From Chiloscyllium plagiosum (lineage: Eukaryota), in contig NC_057719.1 of the NCBI RefSeq assembly GCF_004010195.1, positions 75,197,960-75,218,135 of the forward strand: a stretch of 20,176 bases of DNA, given 5' to 3'. Positions within the stretch are counted from its first letter, which is position 1. Each line of letters starts with the position of its first letter. Below are positions 1 through 9,855 of this stretch, in pieces. Under the pieces are notes generated by a model. It made no database searches and was not told the origin of the DNA. It saw nothing but the letters and a program-made list of their open reading frames with translations. A program made the translations under genes and the position numbers.

Positions 1-847
1 ATCTCTTGCCTTCTCCGACGTGTCAAAGAGATGTACGTAACTTTCTAAGGTGTCCCGAAGCACTGCCGGATATCTCAGGGAGTACTGAATCCCAAGCTCC
101 CTCAGTCTTCTCTTGACATTGTCGTAAGATTTTTGTTTCTGGATCACCGCCACTGAGAAGTCCTGAAAGAACATGATCTCAGAGCCCTCGTAAATTAGGG
201 CCTTCGGATCCTTCCCCTGGAGTCTGGAAGCCTCCATGACTCTCTCCTTATCCCGGTAATGATGTAACCGCACCAGGAGAGGACAAGGACGTTGAACCAG
301 ATCTCCGCACTGCGACCCAATGAGCCCTCTCTATCTTCAATCCTCTCATACCAGTCTCCAAGTCAAGGAATGTCGGCAGCCAATCCTCAACAAATTCCAC
401 AGTCCACTCACCTTCCTTACCCTCAGGCAGACCGATGGTCCGAATGTTTTTCCTCCTGCCCCTGTTTTCAAGATCATTGACTTGATCACGCAAATTACGA
501 ACCCGCAAATCCAGGGCTTGGATCCTGTCCTTGGATGAACTGGCATTAGCTTCCACCACTGTGACCCTGTGCTCCACCTCATCCGTCCTCTTCTCCACGT
601 CTCCCAGCTGCTGCTCATGCTTCTGCAGCATGAGAGAGATTGGAGCCAGCTTTTCTTCAATCTCTTTCCCCAACATCTTGTGAGATTTCGAGAGCTGGTT
701 CACCAGGTCCTGGAGAGTAATCGGCTCTGAGGCTGCTGCAGGCCGAACTGCAGACCTGGCCTCGGATGCTCCTCCTCCTTTTTCTTGGCATCTCTGGATG
801 GCTGAAAATACAGGTAAGTTAATTTTTAGAGTTTCTTGGGACTCCAC
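1..847 (-). pseudogene. L1 ORF1p (coiled coil, RRM, CTD), frameshifted near 290-300
   Basis: ORF 248-847 has a heptad coiled coil then DLENRGRRKNIRTIGLPEG...KIERAH. Another frame continues open to base 1: RPCPLLVRLHHYRDKERVM...IMFFQDFS...YSLRYPAVLR...LFDTSEKARD. The true start codon is uncertain (ATG at 791-789 is in another frame). Confidence 0.88.
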
Positions 848-953
848 GATCTTTCCGGAGTCCCAAGGAATCCTGAGGACCTGGGTTGGGCGGGTTAAAG
901 GACCATCCTGATCCTGCTGCGATGCGAGGCTCTGCAGTGTGATCTTCTCAGAT

Positions 954-965
954 CGCCGCCATCTT
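954..965 (-). promoter_or_regulatory. YY1-type site (AAGATGGCGGCG) at the L1 5' end, internal promoter element
   Basis: Plus strand reads CGCCGCCATCTT, about 10 nt from the element's 5' end, the same placement as the YY1 site in mammalian L1. Confidence 0.65.
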
Positions 966-975
966 AGATCCCCCC

Positions 976-2380
976 TTTGTGGGGATTTTAACCAAATGAT
1001 AAATGGCTTTTTGCAGCTGGTTAAATACCCAATCCCTCACGTACAGGATTTATACGCAAATCTGGCGGGGAGCTGGACATGAGCCGTGCATGCCTGCAGT
1101 TACAATTAGATGAGGATTCCCAGAGGTATGCTGCAATTAATACCCATAAGGGTTTGTACCATAGTATGAGATTGCCACCTGGGGTATCGTCAGTCCATGC
1201 AATTTTTCAGTGGACAATGGAGAACATTTTACAGGGTCTACCCTAGGTCACCTTTTATCTAGATGACATGCTAATAACAGAGAAGACTAATAAAGAGCAC
1301 TTAGAGAACTTGGACATAGTCCTTAAATGTTTCTCCCTGGCAGGCTAATGCCTTAGAAAGGAAAACAAATGTGCATTCCAGGCATGCCAAATGACCTACT
1401 TGGGCTACAGAGTCAACAAGACTGGGTTACGTCTGTTTGAAGATAAAGTGAGGGTGACCAAAGTGCCCCAGCTCCCATGTCTATACCGGAGCTTAGGTCT
1501 TCCCTTGGGCTGGTGAATAATAACAGAAAGTTCTTACATAACCTGGCCTCCATCCTAGCACTTTTACAACAACTCTTAAAGAAGGGTCAGCCCTGGTAAT
1601 GTTCACATAGCTAAGCCATAGCTTTCAGGGAAGTGCAGAAACAGCTATCATTCTCAAAGGTGATCCCAAGAGAGATTTGGCATTGACATGCGATGCTTCC
1701 CCTTACAGCATCAGAATAGTATTAGCTCACAGGTGTTCCAATGGAGAGGAACATCCACTAGCATATGTATTCAGGACTTTGCCTAGTGCAGGGCGTACAT
1801 TCCCCCAGAAAGTGAAGGAAGTTTTGGCGGTCTTAATTGGAGTCAGGAAGTTCCACAATACTTTTATTGTAAATTTGTAATAATAATGAACCATAAACCC
1901 CTGCTAAGTCTACTTAAAGAGGATAAGGCAGTCCACACATAGCTTCAAGTCGAATTGAGCAGTTGACTCTAAAACTCAATGTGTTACAAGCTGGAACACT
2001 GACCGGGAGGCCAGGTAGTGAACGCACCTCCCACTGGCAGATACACCATTGATGGTATCACCATTGGAGGAGTCCATCATGGTTTTAAATTTTCTGGACA
2101 CACTTGCAGTCACAGCTGACATTATCAGACTGCGGACTAGAATGGCCTGGTCCTTGCAAAACTGAAACAGTTGGTGGTAATGGGGAAAAACCAAAGACCG
2201 TCACAACCAGAATTGAAACCTTGCTGGACCCAGAGAGACCAGATCACAGTAGAGCGCAGCATATTATTACAGGGAGCAAGAGTGATAGTCCTGTGCAAAG
2301 GTCACCTCCAGATACTGGCTGAACTCCACCAGGGTCATCCAAGAAATTGCAAAATGAAGATGTTGGAAGAAGTCACGTCT
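976..2380 (+). mobile_element. Ty3/Gypsy LTR retrotransposon pol, decayed: RT, RNase H and start of integrase
   Basis: LCGDF...YPIPHVQDLYANLAG from ~975; YLDD at 1256-1267; RNase H LTCDASPY...EEHPLAYVFRTL...EVLAVLIGVRKFH (ORF 1677-1880); integrase ELHQGHP...KMKML. Many stops and frameshifts. Confidence 0.92.
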
Positions 2381-2989
2381 GAGATGGAAGACGGGAAAAA
2401 CGCTGTGGCTGTAAGAACTGCTCCTTTTTTGAGGTATTTTAGGTGTTGGAGGTGGTTTCTTCGAATTCCAGTAGTAGCAATTACTATTTTACATGCTGTT
2501 GCATTGTTTTGGATCTTTGGGGAAAATAGATCAAAACAACGGCACTTTTAAAAGGGAGAAGAACAGACAAAAGGCAGCGAGCACATGGTCAGTGACAGAG
2601 AGAGAGAAAGAAACCTACACTGCTAACTGAAACAACACTGAATCTGTACACTTACTGCCTTTGCTGTTTGAATTCATGTATCTCTGGACATCAGAGTGCA
2701 TCTAGGAAAAATTAACAAACAGCAAAATTCACAGCTAACCTTGCAGGAACCTGTGTGGGAGAGCTGACGGTACAGGAACAGATAAGTGCACAGTTTTTAA
2801 CATGTAACCTTGCTGTAAGTGACAGTAGTGAATAGAGTGGGTTCTTTCTTGATTATTTGTTTTATTGAAATCTGTCTCTTGATTAAATTTAAAAAATATA
2901 AACAGTAAGTACTAAGTTAGCCGAGAGCACAGTTTTTAGAGCAAAAGATGGCGCTATTTTCTGGGTCTGTAGATTATGAAGAAGCAAAG

Positions 2990-3921
2990 ACGGCCTTTAG
3001 TAGAGTGATATGTTCTTCCTGTCAGATGTGGGAGTTTAGGGAGTGCTTCCATGTTACTGATGATTATGTTTGCAGGAAGTGTCTTTAGTTGCGAATCCTA
3101 TCAGATTGAATGGATCAGTTTGAATGGCAGTTAAAGGCAATGATGAATTTATAAGACCTAGGGGGTGTGATAGATGCCAGTTATAGGAAGGGAGAAAAAC
3201 CGCAGATATAGACAGGTAGATGGGTTACCGCCAGCAAAGGTAGGAGAGGGAGGCAGGTTATGCAGAAGTTTCAGTGACTATCCCCATCTCAAACAAGGAT
3301 GTTACTTTGGAAAATGTAGGGGGTGATGGACTCTTGGGGAATGTAGCTTGAACAGCCAAGTTTCTGGTATTGAGACTGGCTCTAATGTAATGTGGGGTAC
3401 GTCGGGTTCCAAGTGATCGATTATGATGGGAACTCCCTAGTCAGAGGCACAGACAGACATTTCTGTAGCCAGCAGCAAAAAATCAGAATGGGGTGTTGCC
3501 TCACTGGAACCAGGATCAAGGATATCTCAGAGAGGGTGCAGAATGTTCTCAAAGGGGAAAGGGACCAGCAGGAGGTCATTGTACACACTGGAACTAACTA
3601 CATAGGAAGCGAAAGAGATGAAATTCTGAAAGGAGAATATATAAAGTTATTCAGGAATTTAAAAAGGAGATCCTCAATGGTTGTAATATCTGGATTACTC
3701 CCCATGCTATGAGCTAGTGAGGGCAGGAATAGGAGGATAGAGCAGATGAACGTACGGCTGTGGAGCTGGTGCAGGGGAGAGGATTCACATTTTTGGATCA
3801 TTGACATCTTTTCTGGGGTAGAAGTGACCTGTACAAGAAGGGTGGATTGCACCTGAATTGGAAGGGGACTATTATACTGGCAGGGAGATTTGCTGGAGCT
3901 GCTGGGGAGGATTTAACCTAG
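2990..3921 (+). pseudogene. CR1 ORF1: zinc finger/leucine zipper plus SGNH-type esterase, disrupted
   Basis: Presumed start decayed to ACG (2990). Then AFSRVICSSCQMWE...YVCRKC, GNSLVRG, VIVHTGTN, VVISGLLP, GGLHLN (3841-3858) and TAG at 3919-3921. Internal stops and frameshifts. Confidence 0.85.
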
Positions 3922-3939
3922 TGAGGTGGTGGGGGTGGG

Positions 3940-4670
3940 GGGCAAAAGAGAAGGAGGAGGAGTGGTGTTTTTGATAAAGGGTAACGTTCCTGCTGTACTG
4001 AGGGAGGATATTCCTGGGAATACATTCAGGGAAGTTATTTGTGTGGGATTGAGAAATAAGAAAGGGATGGTCACCTTATTGATATTGTATTATAGACCCC
4101 CCAATAGTCAGCAGGAAATTCAGAAACCGATTTTTAAGGAGATTTCAGTTATCTGTAAGAATAATAGGGTGGTTATGGTAACGGATTTTAACTTGCCAAA
4201 CATAGACTGGGACTGCCATAGCGTTAACAGTTAGATGGAGAGGAAGACAATTTTCTGATTAAATATGTGGATGTACTGACTAGAGAAGGTGCAAAACTTG
4301 ACCTACTCTTGAAAAATAAGGCAGGGCAGGTGACTGAAGTGTTAGTGGGGGAGCAGTTTGGGGCCAGTGACCATAATTCTATTCGTTTTAAAATAGTGAT
4401 GGAAAAGGAAAAACCAGTGAAAAGTGAATGTTCTAAATTGGAGGAAGGCCAATTTTGATGGTATTAGGCAAGAACGTTCAAAAGAAAGGCTCATGCCCGA
4501 AACGTCGATTCTCCTGCTCCTCGGGTGCTGCCTGACCTGTTGCGCTTTTCCAGCACCACATTTTCAGCTCTGATCTGCAGCATCTGCAGTCCTCACTTTC
4601 TCCAAGAACTTTCAAACGCTGACTGGGGGGTAGATGTTCGCAGATAAAGGGACAGCTGGAAAATGGGAAG
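3940..4670 (+). pseudogene. CR1 ORF2 apurinic-like endonuclease fragment (N-terminus deleted; interrupted at 4483-4603)
   Basis: GGGVVFLIK, YYRPP, DFNLPNIDW, TREGAKLDLLL and SDHNSIRF motifs in ORFs 3926-4234 and 4267-4458. Confidence 0.85.
4483..4603 (+). mobile_element. Short Penelope-like (pLTR-end) insertion, 5'-truncated within the hammerhead motif, with TSD
   Basis: Flanked by AAGAACGTTCAAA (4470-4482) and AAGAACTTTCAAA (4604-4616). Closely similar to 13597-13715. Contains GGCTCATGCCCGAAACGTCGATTC and ends CAGTCCTCACTTTCTCC. Confidence 0.75.
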
Positions 4671-5273
4671 CATTGAGTATAGGAGTTGGGAGGTCATGTT
4701 GCAGCTGAATAGGACGTTGGTTAGGCCATTTTGGAATATTGTGTACAATTCTGGTCTCCTTTCTATCAGAAGGATGTTGTGAAACCTGAAAGGGTTCAGA
4801 AAGGATTTACAAGGATGTTGCCAGGGTTGGAGGATTTGAGCTACAGGGAGAGACTGAATAGGCTGGGGTTGTTTTCCCTGGAGTGTCGGAGGCTGAGGGG
4901 TGACCTTATAGAGGTTTATAAAGTCATGAGGTGCATGGATAGGATAAATAGACAAGGTCTTTTCCCTGGGGTGGGGGAATCCAGAACTAAAGGGCATAGG
5001 TTTAGGGTGAGAGGGGAAAGATTTAAAAGGGACCTAAGGGGCAACATTTTCAGACAGAGGGTGGCATCTGTGTGGCCTGAGCTTCCAGAGGAAGTGTTGG
5101 AGGCTGGTACAATTACAACATTTAAAAGGCATCTGGATGGGTATATGAATAGGAAGGGTCTGAAGGTCGATAGGCCAAATGCTGGCAGATGAGACGAGAT
5201 AAGGTTGGGATATCTAGTCGGCATGGACGAGTTGGACTGAAGGGTCTGTTTCCGTGCTGTACATCTCTATGAC

Positions 5274-6315
5274 GTGATATAGACAATGGTGGCTGAGTTG
5301 GTGGGGCAGTGCCCAGAGTGCCAACAAGGACATAAATTACTGCCACCAACTCCTCCCACATTCATGAGAATGGGATTGGCTGGGTAAACCCTGGACTCAG
5401 TTACACGTTGGCAATGCAGGACCTTTCATGGGCTCAATATTCTTAGTCATTGTGGACACGCTCTCAAAGTGGGTGGACTTGCATTGAGTTCATTCGTCAA
5501 ACATGAGTATGATGATAGAAAATCTGCGGGCATCTTTTAATACAGAAGCTCCCAGAAATGTTGGTAACAGTTAACGGGCCATCATTTCCCAGCAGCGAAT
5601 TTGAGGATTTCCTAAAGTCGAATACTATGCGACATAAAAGTACAGCTTCATGCCATCCATCATCTAATGGTCTGGCAGAAATAACAGTTCAAAGGCTTAA
5701 AGAAGCAGCCTACAGCTTCACTCGATATCAAACTGTCCCGGTTCCCGTTTGATTATCGGACCACCCCCTCACGCAACTCCAAGGATAGCTGCAGCAGAGT
5801 TACTAATGGGGACAAGACTCCAGGTTAAATCTGATCTTCCTGAATCTAAGGGGCACGAGGGGAGGGTGAAACGGAATTAGGAATGCCAATGCTGCACTCA
5901 AGAGGCAGTTAAGCGAGAGAGACAGTTTGGTGTAGGAACTATGGGAATGGCCCTGCCTGTGTAAAAGATATGGGCGATGGGAGTTAGGCCCAGTAACATT
6001 CAGGTAGATGCACCAGTCCTGAACAAGGACATGGACCACATGAAAGCTACAAATTCGCAAACAGTGCTCCCTCTCCATCAAGTGTTGAAGATATCTCGGA
6101 ATCTGAGATGGATACAGCGGATTTCGCCACCTCAACGTCTTTGAAGAAGAGAATGAATATTGTCTGAGACACTCCAGGTGCAAGAGGCAAGCCACCATGC
6201 GTTACACGCTGCCATATCAGAGGTACAGTCGAAGGAACCTGACTGGGTACCAAAACGCCCCAGGAGAAGCTACAAAAACAACTGATCTGTGTCCTTGGAC
6301 TCAGAGGAGGTGTGA
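5274..6315 (+). mobile_element. Gypsy integrase core and 3' region, continuation of 976-2380
   Basis: CPEC (5310-5321) completes the HHCC finger. Then KPWTQLHV...GPFMGSIFLVIVD, LVTVNGPSFPSSEFEDFL...HPSSNGLAE and YRTTPHAT...AELLMG. Purine-rich tract near 6303-6310 precedes the LTR. Confidence 0.9.
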
Positions 6316-6529
6316 TGTAGTGATTGTGACAAGGTCAGCCTGGTGGACCTCATAGAATATGAGTTCCCTGATTGGGGCTGTTAATCTGGTCCAATCAGAA
6401 TTAAACAGGAGTGTCAGAGATCCTGTTCACTCTGAGCGCTGGCTCATGATGGAGCTGAATCAGTGTTAAGGACTCTCCACGTATAAATAAAGGATAACGT
6501 GGTGATGGGATATGGGCCTCCCTCCTTCA
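6316..6529 (+). repeat. 3' LTR of the Gypsy element
   Basis: Starts TGTAGTG right after a PPT-like tract. Inverted CCAAT boxes CTGATTGG (6368-6375) and CCAATCAG (6391-6398), AATAAA at 6486-6491, ends ...TTCA at 6529. The 5' LTR is outside the window, so the end is not confirmed. Confidence 0.7.
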
Positions 6530-8559
6530 GTTCTTTTACCTTTTCACAGATTCTTCCCAGTTTACTGCCAATTGTCTCTGTCTCATCGTAACTAAATCTA
6601 ACAATCTAATAGCAGATTTGTGCTTTTTGCTTACAAATGTTACATTGAACTCTATTATGTTATGATCTCTGTTTGATAAATATTTGCACACAATTAGGAT
6701 ATGAATCAAGTCAAAAATTGCTTGTCCTTTTGTTGTATCCAGGATATATTAATGCAGAAAACTATCTTGAACACACTCCAGAAATTTACTCTCTTTCTGA
6801 CAAGTGCTTGTCTGCCTCTCCCAATCTATGTTAAAGTTAACACCCCCAGTAACACTATTCTGACTTCCCTGCACTCTTGCCTGCTTCCTGCATTTTCTGT
6901 ATTTATACAATCAATCACGTAAGCATTGGTCTGATTTGAGGGCAGCCTAACGTCCCATACTTTTGTTATGTACAAGTCAATCTGCTCCTTAGCAACAACA
7001 TGCTGTATTTTCATTAATGTTTTTCATTGCTACTTTATTAGTGGGAGACAGTGGATGTTTTATGGTGAAGATAACTAGGAGTTTAAGAGGTGCCCACACA
7101 GAGTTTGGTTAACAACAAATATGGCGATCACTTACACCCAACGAGGTCATCACTTTTAGACTTGACACATAAGTTAACCCCCCATTTTTAAATTATAAGA
7201 ATTACTTTTATGCCACCATCCACAGTATAAACCTTTGTTCACATGTAATATGGCCAGGTTAATTCATGCTATGTTATATACCATGGTTGCTGGCTGTTCC
7301 TTCGCTCTGTCAACAGGCTGGGAGGGTTTCGTTGACCTGAAGAAAATGGTACTTGACGTTGTGTCAAGGGGCTTTCCTCACCTCATCATTGCTGAACTCT
7401 TAATGGAAAGCCTGTCCAGTGAAGCATTTTTTATTAAAGTCATTGAAGTGTAATTGGCACGAGTAGGGCAAAAAAGGACAGTACGTTGACTTCTTTTTAA
7501 CTGTCAAAAGGCCAGATGTGAAACCAGAGGTAATTTACGTTGCACCAGTTTCTAGTGTGGTTCATAGCAGTCCTTTGATTTGTTTTAATATTTACAAACT
7601 TCACCTGCCCAAGGGTGCATAATTACACCATTATTTCATTATATATTTAGACGTTAAAGAGGCAAAATTGGACTCTGCATAACTTATGATGGTATTAACC
7701 TGATATTTCAAACACCTCTGTGTGCTATTTTAGGGCCTCTATTAACCAATTTAAACTAAACAGATGAACAAACGCACTAATGAATTTTATAGGAGCACAC
7801 TAGCGTCTTTGTTACAATGCCTTTGAGCAATTAAGCTTTCATAAGTGGCTTGCAAGGCATTTCATTGAAAAGATAATATCCCGTTAAATGCTCTCAACAG
7901 AAATGAATTAGCTAGTTAAGGCTTAACTAAAACAGCTTTCATACTGCCGAGGGTTTAAGCTGTAATTTATTTTGAGAGCCATGAAATAATGGGACTTTCT
8001 GAAATAGCGATGCACAAGTAAGTCTGTGATCCTGCTGGCTGTCCAATGGATACTTTTTTAAAGCCTCTCTTCACTATCCCACAGAAGGCCTCTGCATCAC
8101 ATTCATCACGTACCTAAGCCCACCATGTTTTATTTGATTTTGAATTTATTGACAAGGGCATTTTACAGGAAGAATACAATAAAATACAGCGATAAGCTTT
8201 CAACTTTTGCCACGAAATGGTGCTGTAGTGAATAATTTAAGAACGACCAAAAGAAAGGTATAAAGTTTGAAGAGAGTCCATCAGTCCTGAGCTAGCTCAT
8301 CACCATCAATGATACCTGCACCACCCAACTGTCCGCTAGGATCTCGCCTCCTGCTCTGGACCCAACCGACATCAAAGTCGCCAATCCTCAGGCGCCATCT
8401 TTGCTGCTGGGCCTACCTTTCCAGCAATGACAAGGGGAAAAGCACAAATATAGCTCAGCCAATACTAGACTCCACATAACCATTTTAAAATTTCAAATTG
8501 CCCAGCATCCAAAGTCGGGCGTGTTATGACAGCACCTGTGGCACTGGCAATATGGGGAA

Positions 8560-9100
8560 GCTGACAGCATAATGTAAGGTAATTGGGTTAGTGAGGACCA
8601 GGCTAACATTTTGAACTCAGGTTCAAATCTCACCATTGCAGCCATTTGAATTTTTCAATTCCATTCATAAACCTTGAACCAGTATCAGTAATGGTGACCA
8701 AATCTGGCAACAATTCTGGATTACTAATATCCTTTAGTAGGGTGGTACGATGGCTCAATGGTTCGCACTGCTGCCTCACAGTACCAGGGACGCATGTTCG
8801 ATCCGGCTCACTGTCTGCATGGGTTTCCTCAGGGTGCTTTGGTTTTTCCCCACAGTCCAAAGATGTGCAGTTTAGGTGGATTGGCCACGCTAAATTGCCC
8901 ATAGTGTCCCGGGGTGTGCAGGCTAGATGGATTAGCCATGGGAAATGCAGAGCTGCAGGGAAGGGTGGGTCTGGGTCTGGGTGGGATGCTGATCAGAGGG
9001 TTGGTGTGCACTCGATGGGCTGAATGGCCTGCTTCCACACTGTAGGGATTCTAAGATTCCGAAGGAAGGAAATCTGCCACCCTTACACAATCTGGACTAC
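8560..9100 (+). mobile_element. Old SacSINE1/DeuSINE-like SINE relic, interrupted by an HE1 SINE
   Basis: B-box-like GGTTCAAATCTCACCAT (~8620), then TAATGGTGACCA and CTGGATTACTAATATCCTTTAG. It rejoins after the insert as GAAGGAAATCTGCCACCCTTAC, recalling the Deu-domain sequence. Confidence 0.6.
8740..9059 (+). mobile_element. HE1-type tRNA-derived V-SINE with a small internal deletion
   Basis: A box TGGCTCAATGG (8751-8761), B box GTTCGATCC (8796-8804), V-domain-like CCCACAGTCCAAAGATGTGCAG...GCTAAATTGCCC and a CR1-like 3' tail (CCACACTGTAGGGATTCTAAGATTC). Confidence 0.88.
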
Positions 9101-9380
9101 AGTTTCACAGCCTTCATTGCAAGAGGATTTGAATTCAGAAGTATTATCTGTCTTAATACAGTTATACAAGGCTTTTGGTGAGACCGTACCCAGAATATTG
9201 TATTAAAGTTTGGTCTTTTACCTGGGAAAGAATGAATTTGCCACAAAGGGTGCACTGGAAAGTCACTAAACTAACCCTGGGGATGACAGGGTTTTCTTAA
9301 GAGGAGAGATTAATTTGACTGAGCCCATATTTATCAGAGTTTAGAAGGATGAGATGGGATTTGATTGAAACATGTCAAAT

Positions 9381-9590
9381 TGATTTGATTTGATTTGATT
9401 TATTATTGTCATATTTACTGAGATACAGTGAAAAGGATTGTTGGTCATACTTTACATCAGATTACTAGAACAGAATGCAGAATATAGTGTTACAAGGTGC
9501 AGAGAAAGATCAACTCCAATATACGAGAGGTGTGTTCATAAATCTGATAACAGAGAGGAAGGAGCTGTTCTTAAATCTGTTAGTACATGT
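9381..9590 (-). mobile_element. 3' end of a Rex1/Babar-type LINE with (AAATC)n tail
   Basis: (GATTT)4 then ATTATTGTCATATTTACTGAGATACAGTG. It is the reverse complement of the 3'UTR seen at ~16830-17074. Confidence 0.75.
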
Positions 9591-9855
9591 CTATTCCAAC
9601 AGGGCTGGACAGAGTAGATGGAGGGAGAATGTTTTCATTGTTTTTGAGAGTCCAGAACCAGGGGTCACACTCCCAGGATATGGGATAGGCCATTTGGTTC
9701 TGACATGAAGAAACATTTCTTCACTGAAAGAATACTGACCATAAGGAATTCTCTGCCACAGAAGGCTGTTGAGAATAAGCCACTGAATATATTCAAGAAA
9801 GAGAATGAAAGCTTTAAATGTTAAAGGCATTAAGGGGTGTGGGGAGAAAGCAGGG

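Larger units (their letters stand above)
1..975 (-). mobile_element. L1 (LINE-1 clade) retrotransposon, intact 5' end: 5'UTR plus ORF1; runs off the left edge
   Basis: Minus strand begins GGGGGGATCTAAGATGGCGGCG at 975, the G-run plus YY1-type start typical of L1. An L1 ORF1p-like reading frame follows. Confidence 0.9.
2370..5273 (+). mobile_element. CR1 LINE retaining both ends but internally deleted, inserted into the Gypsy integrase
   Basis: About 620 nt of 5'UTR, ORF1 (zinc finger plus esterase), partial APE endonuclease, ORF2 C-terminus (EYCVQFWSP...RRLRGDLIEVYK) and a 3' end TTTCCGTGCTGTACATCTCTATGAC. Gypsy sequence flanks both sides. Confidence 0.88.

Noticed and set aside
2171..2551. 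126-aa ORF with a hydrophobic C-terminus (env-like or membrane protein?)
   Set aside because: It is Gypsy integrase reading through by chance into the CR1 5'UTR.
7155..7195. ACATAAGTTAACCCCCC, reminiscent of a Tc1/pogo-type terminal repeat
   Set aside because: No partner inverted repeat or TA duplication found; similarity too short.
6701..7453. Short ORFs in the unique island (6701-6922, 6826-7014, 7235-7453) as host exons
   Set aside because: No recognisable domain or convincing splice-site pair; lengths are as expected by chance.
8740..8810. tRNA gene suggested by A/B boxes (also at 17267 and 17617)
   Set aside because: These are SINE heads continuing into the V-domain; no cloverleaf or oligo-T terminator.
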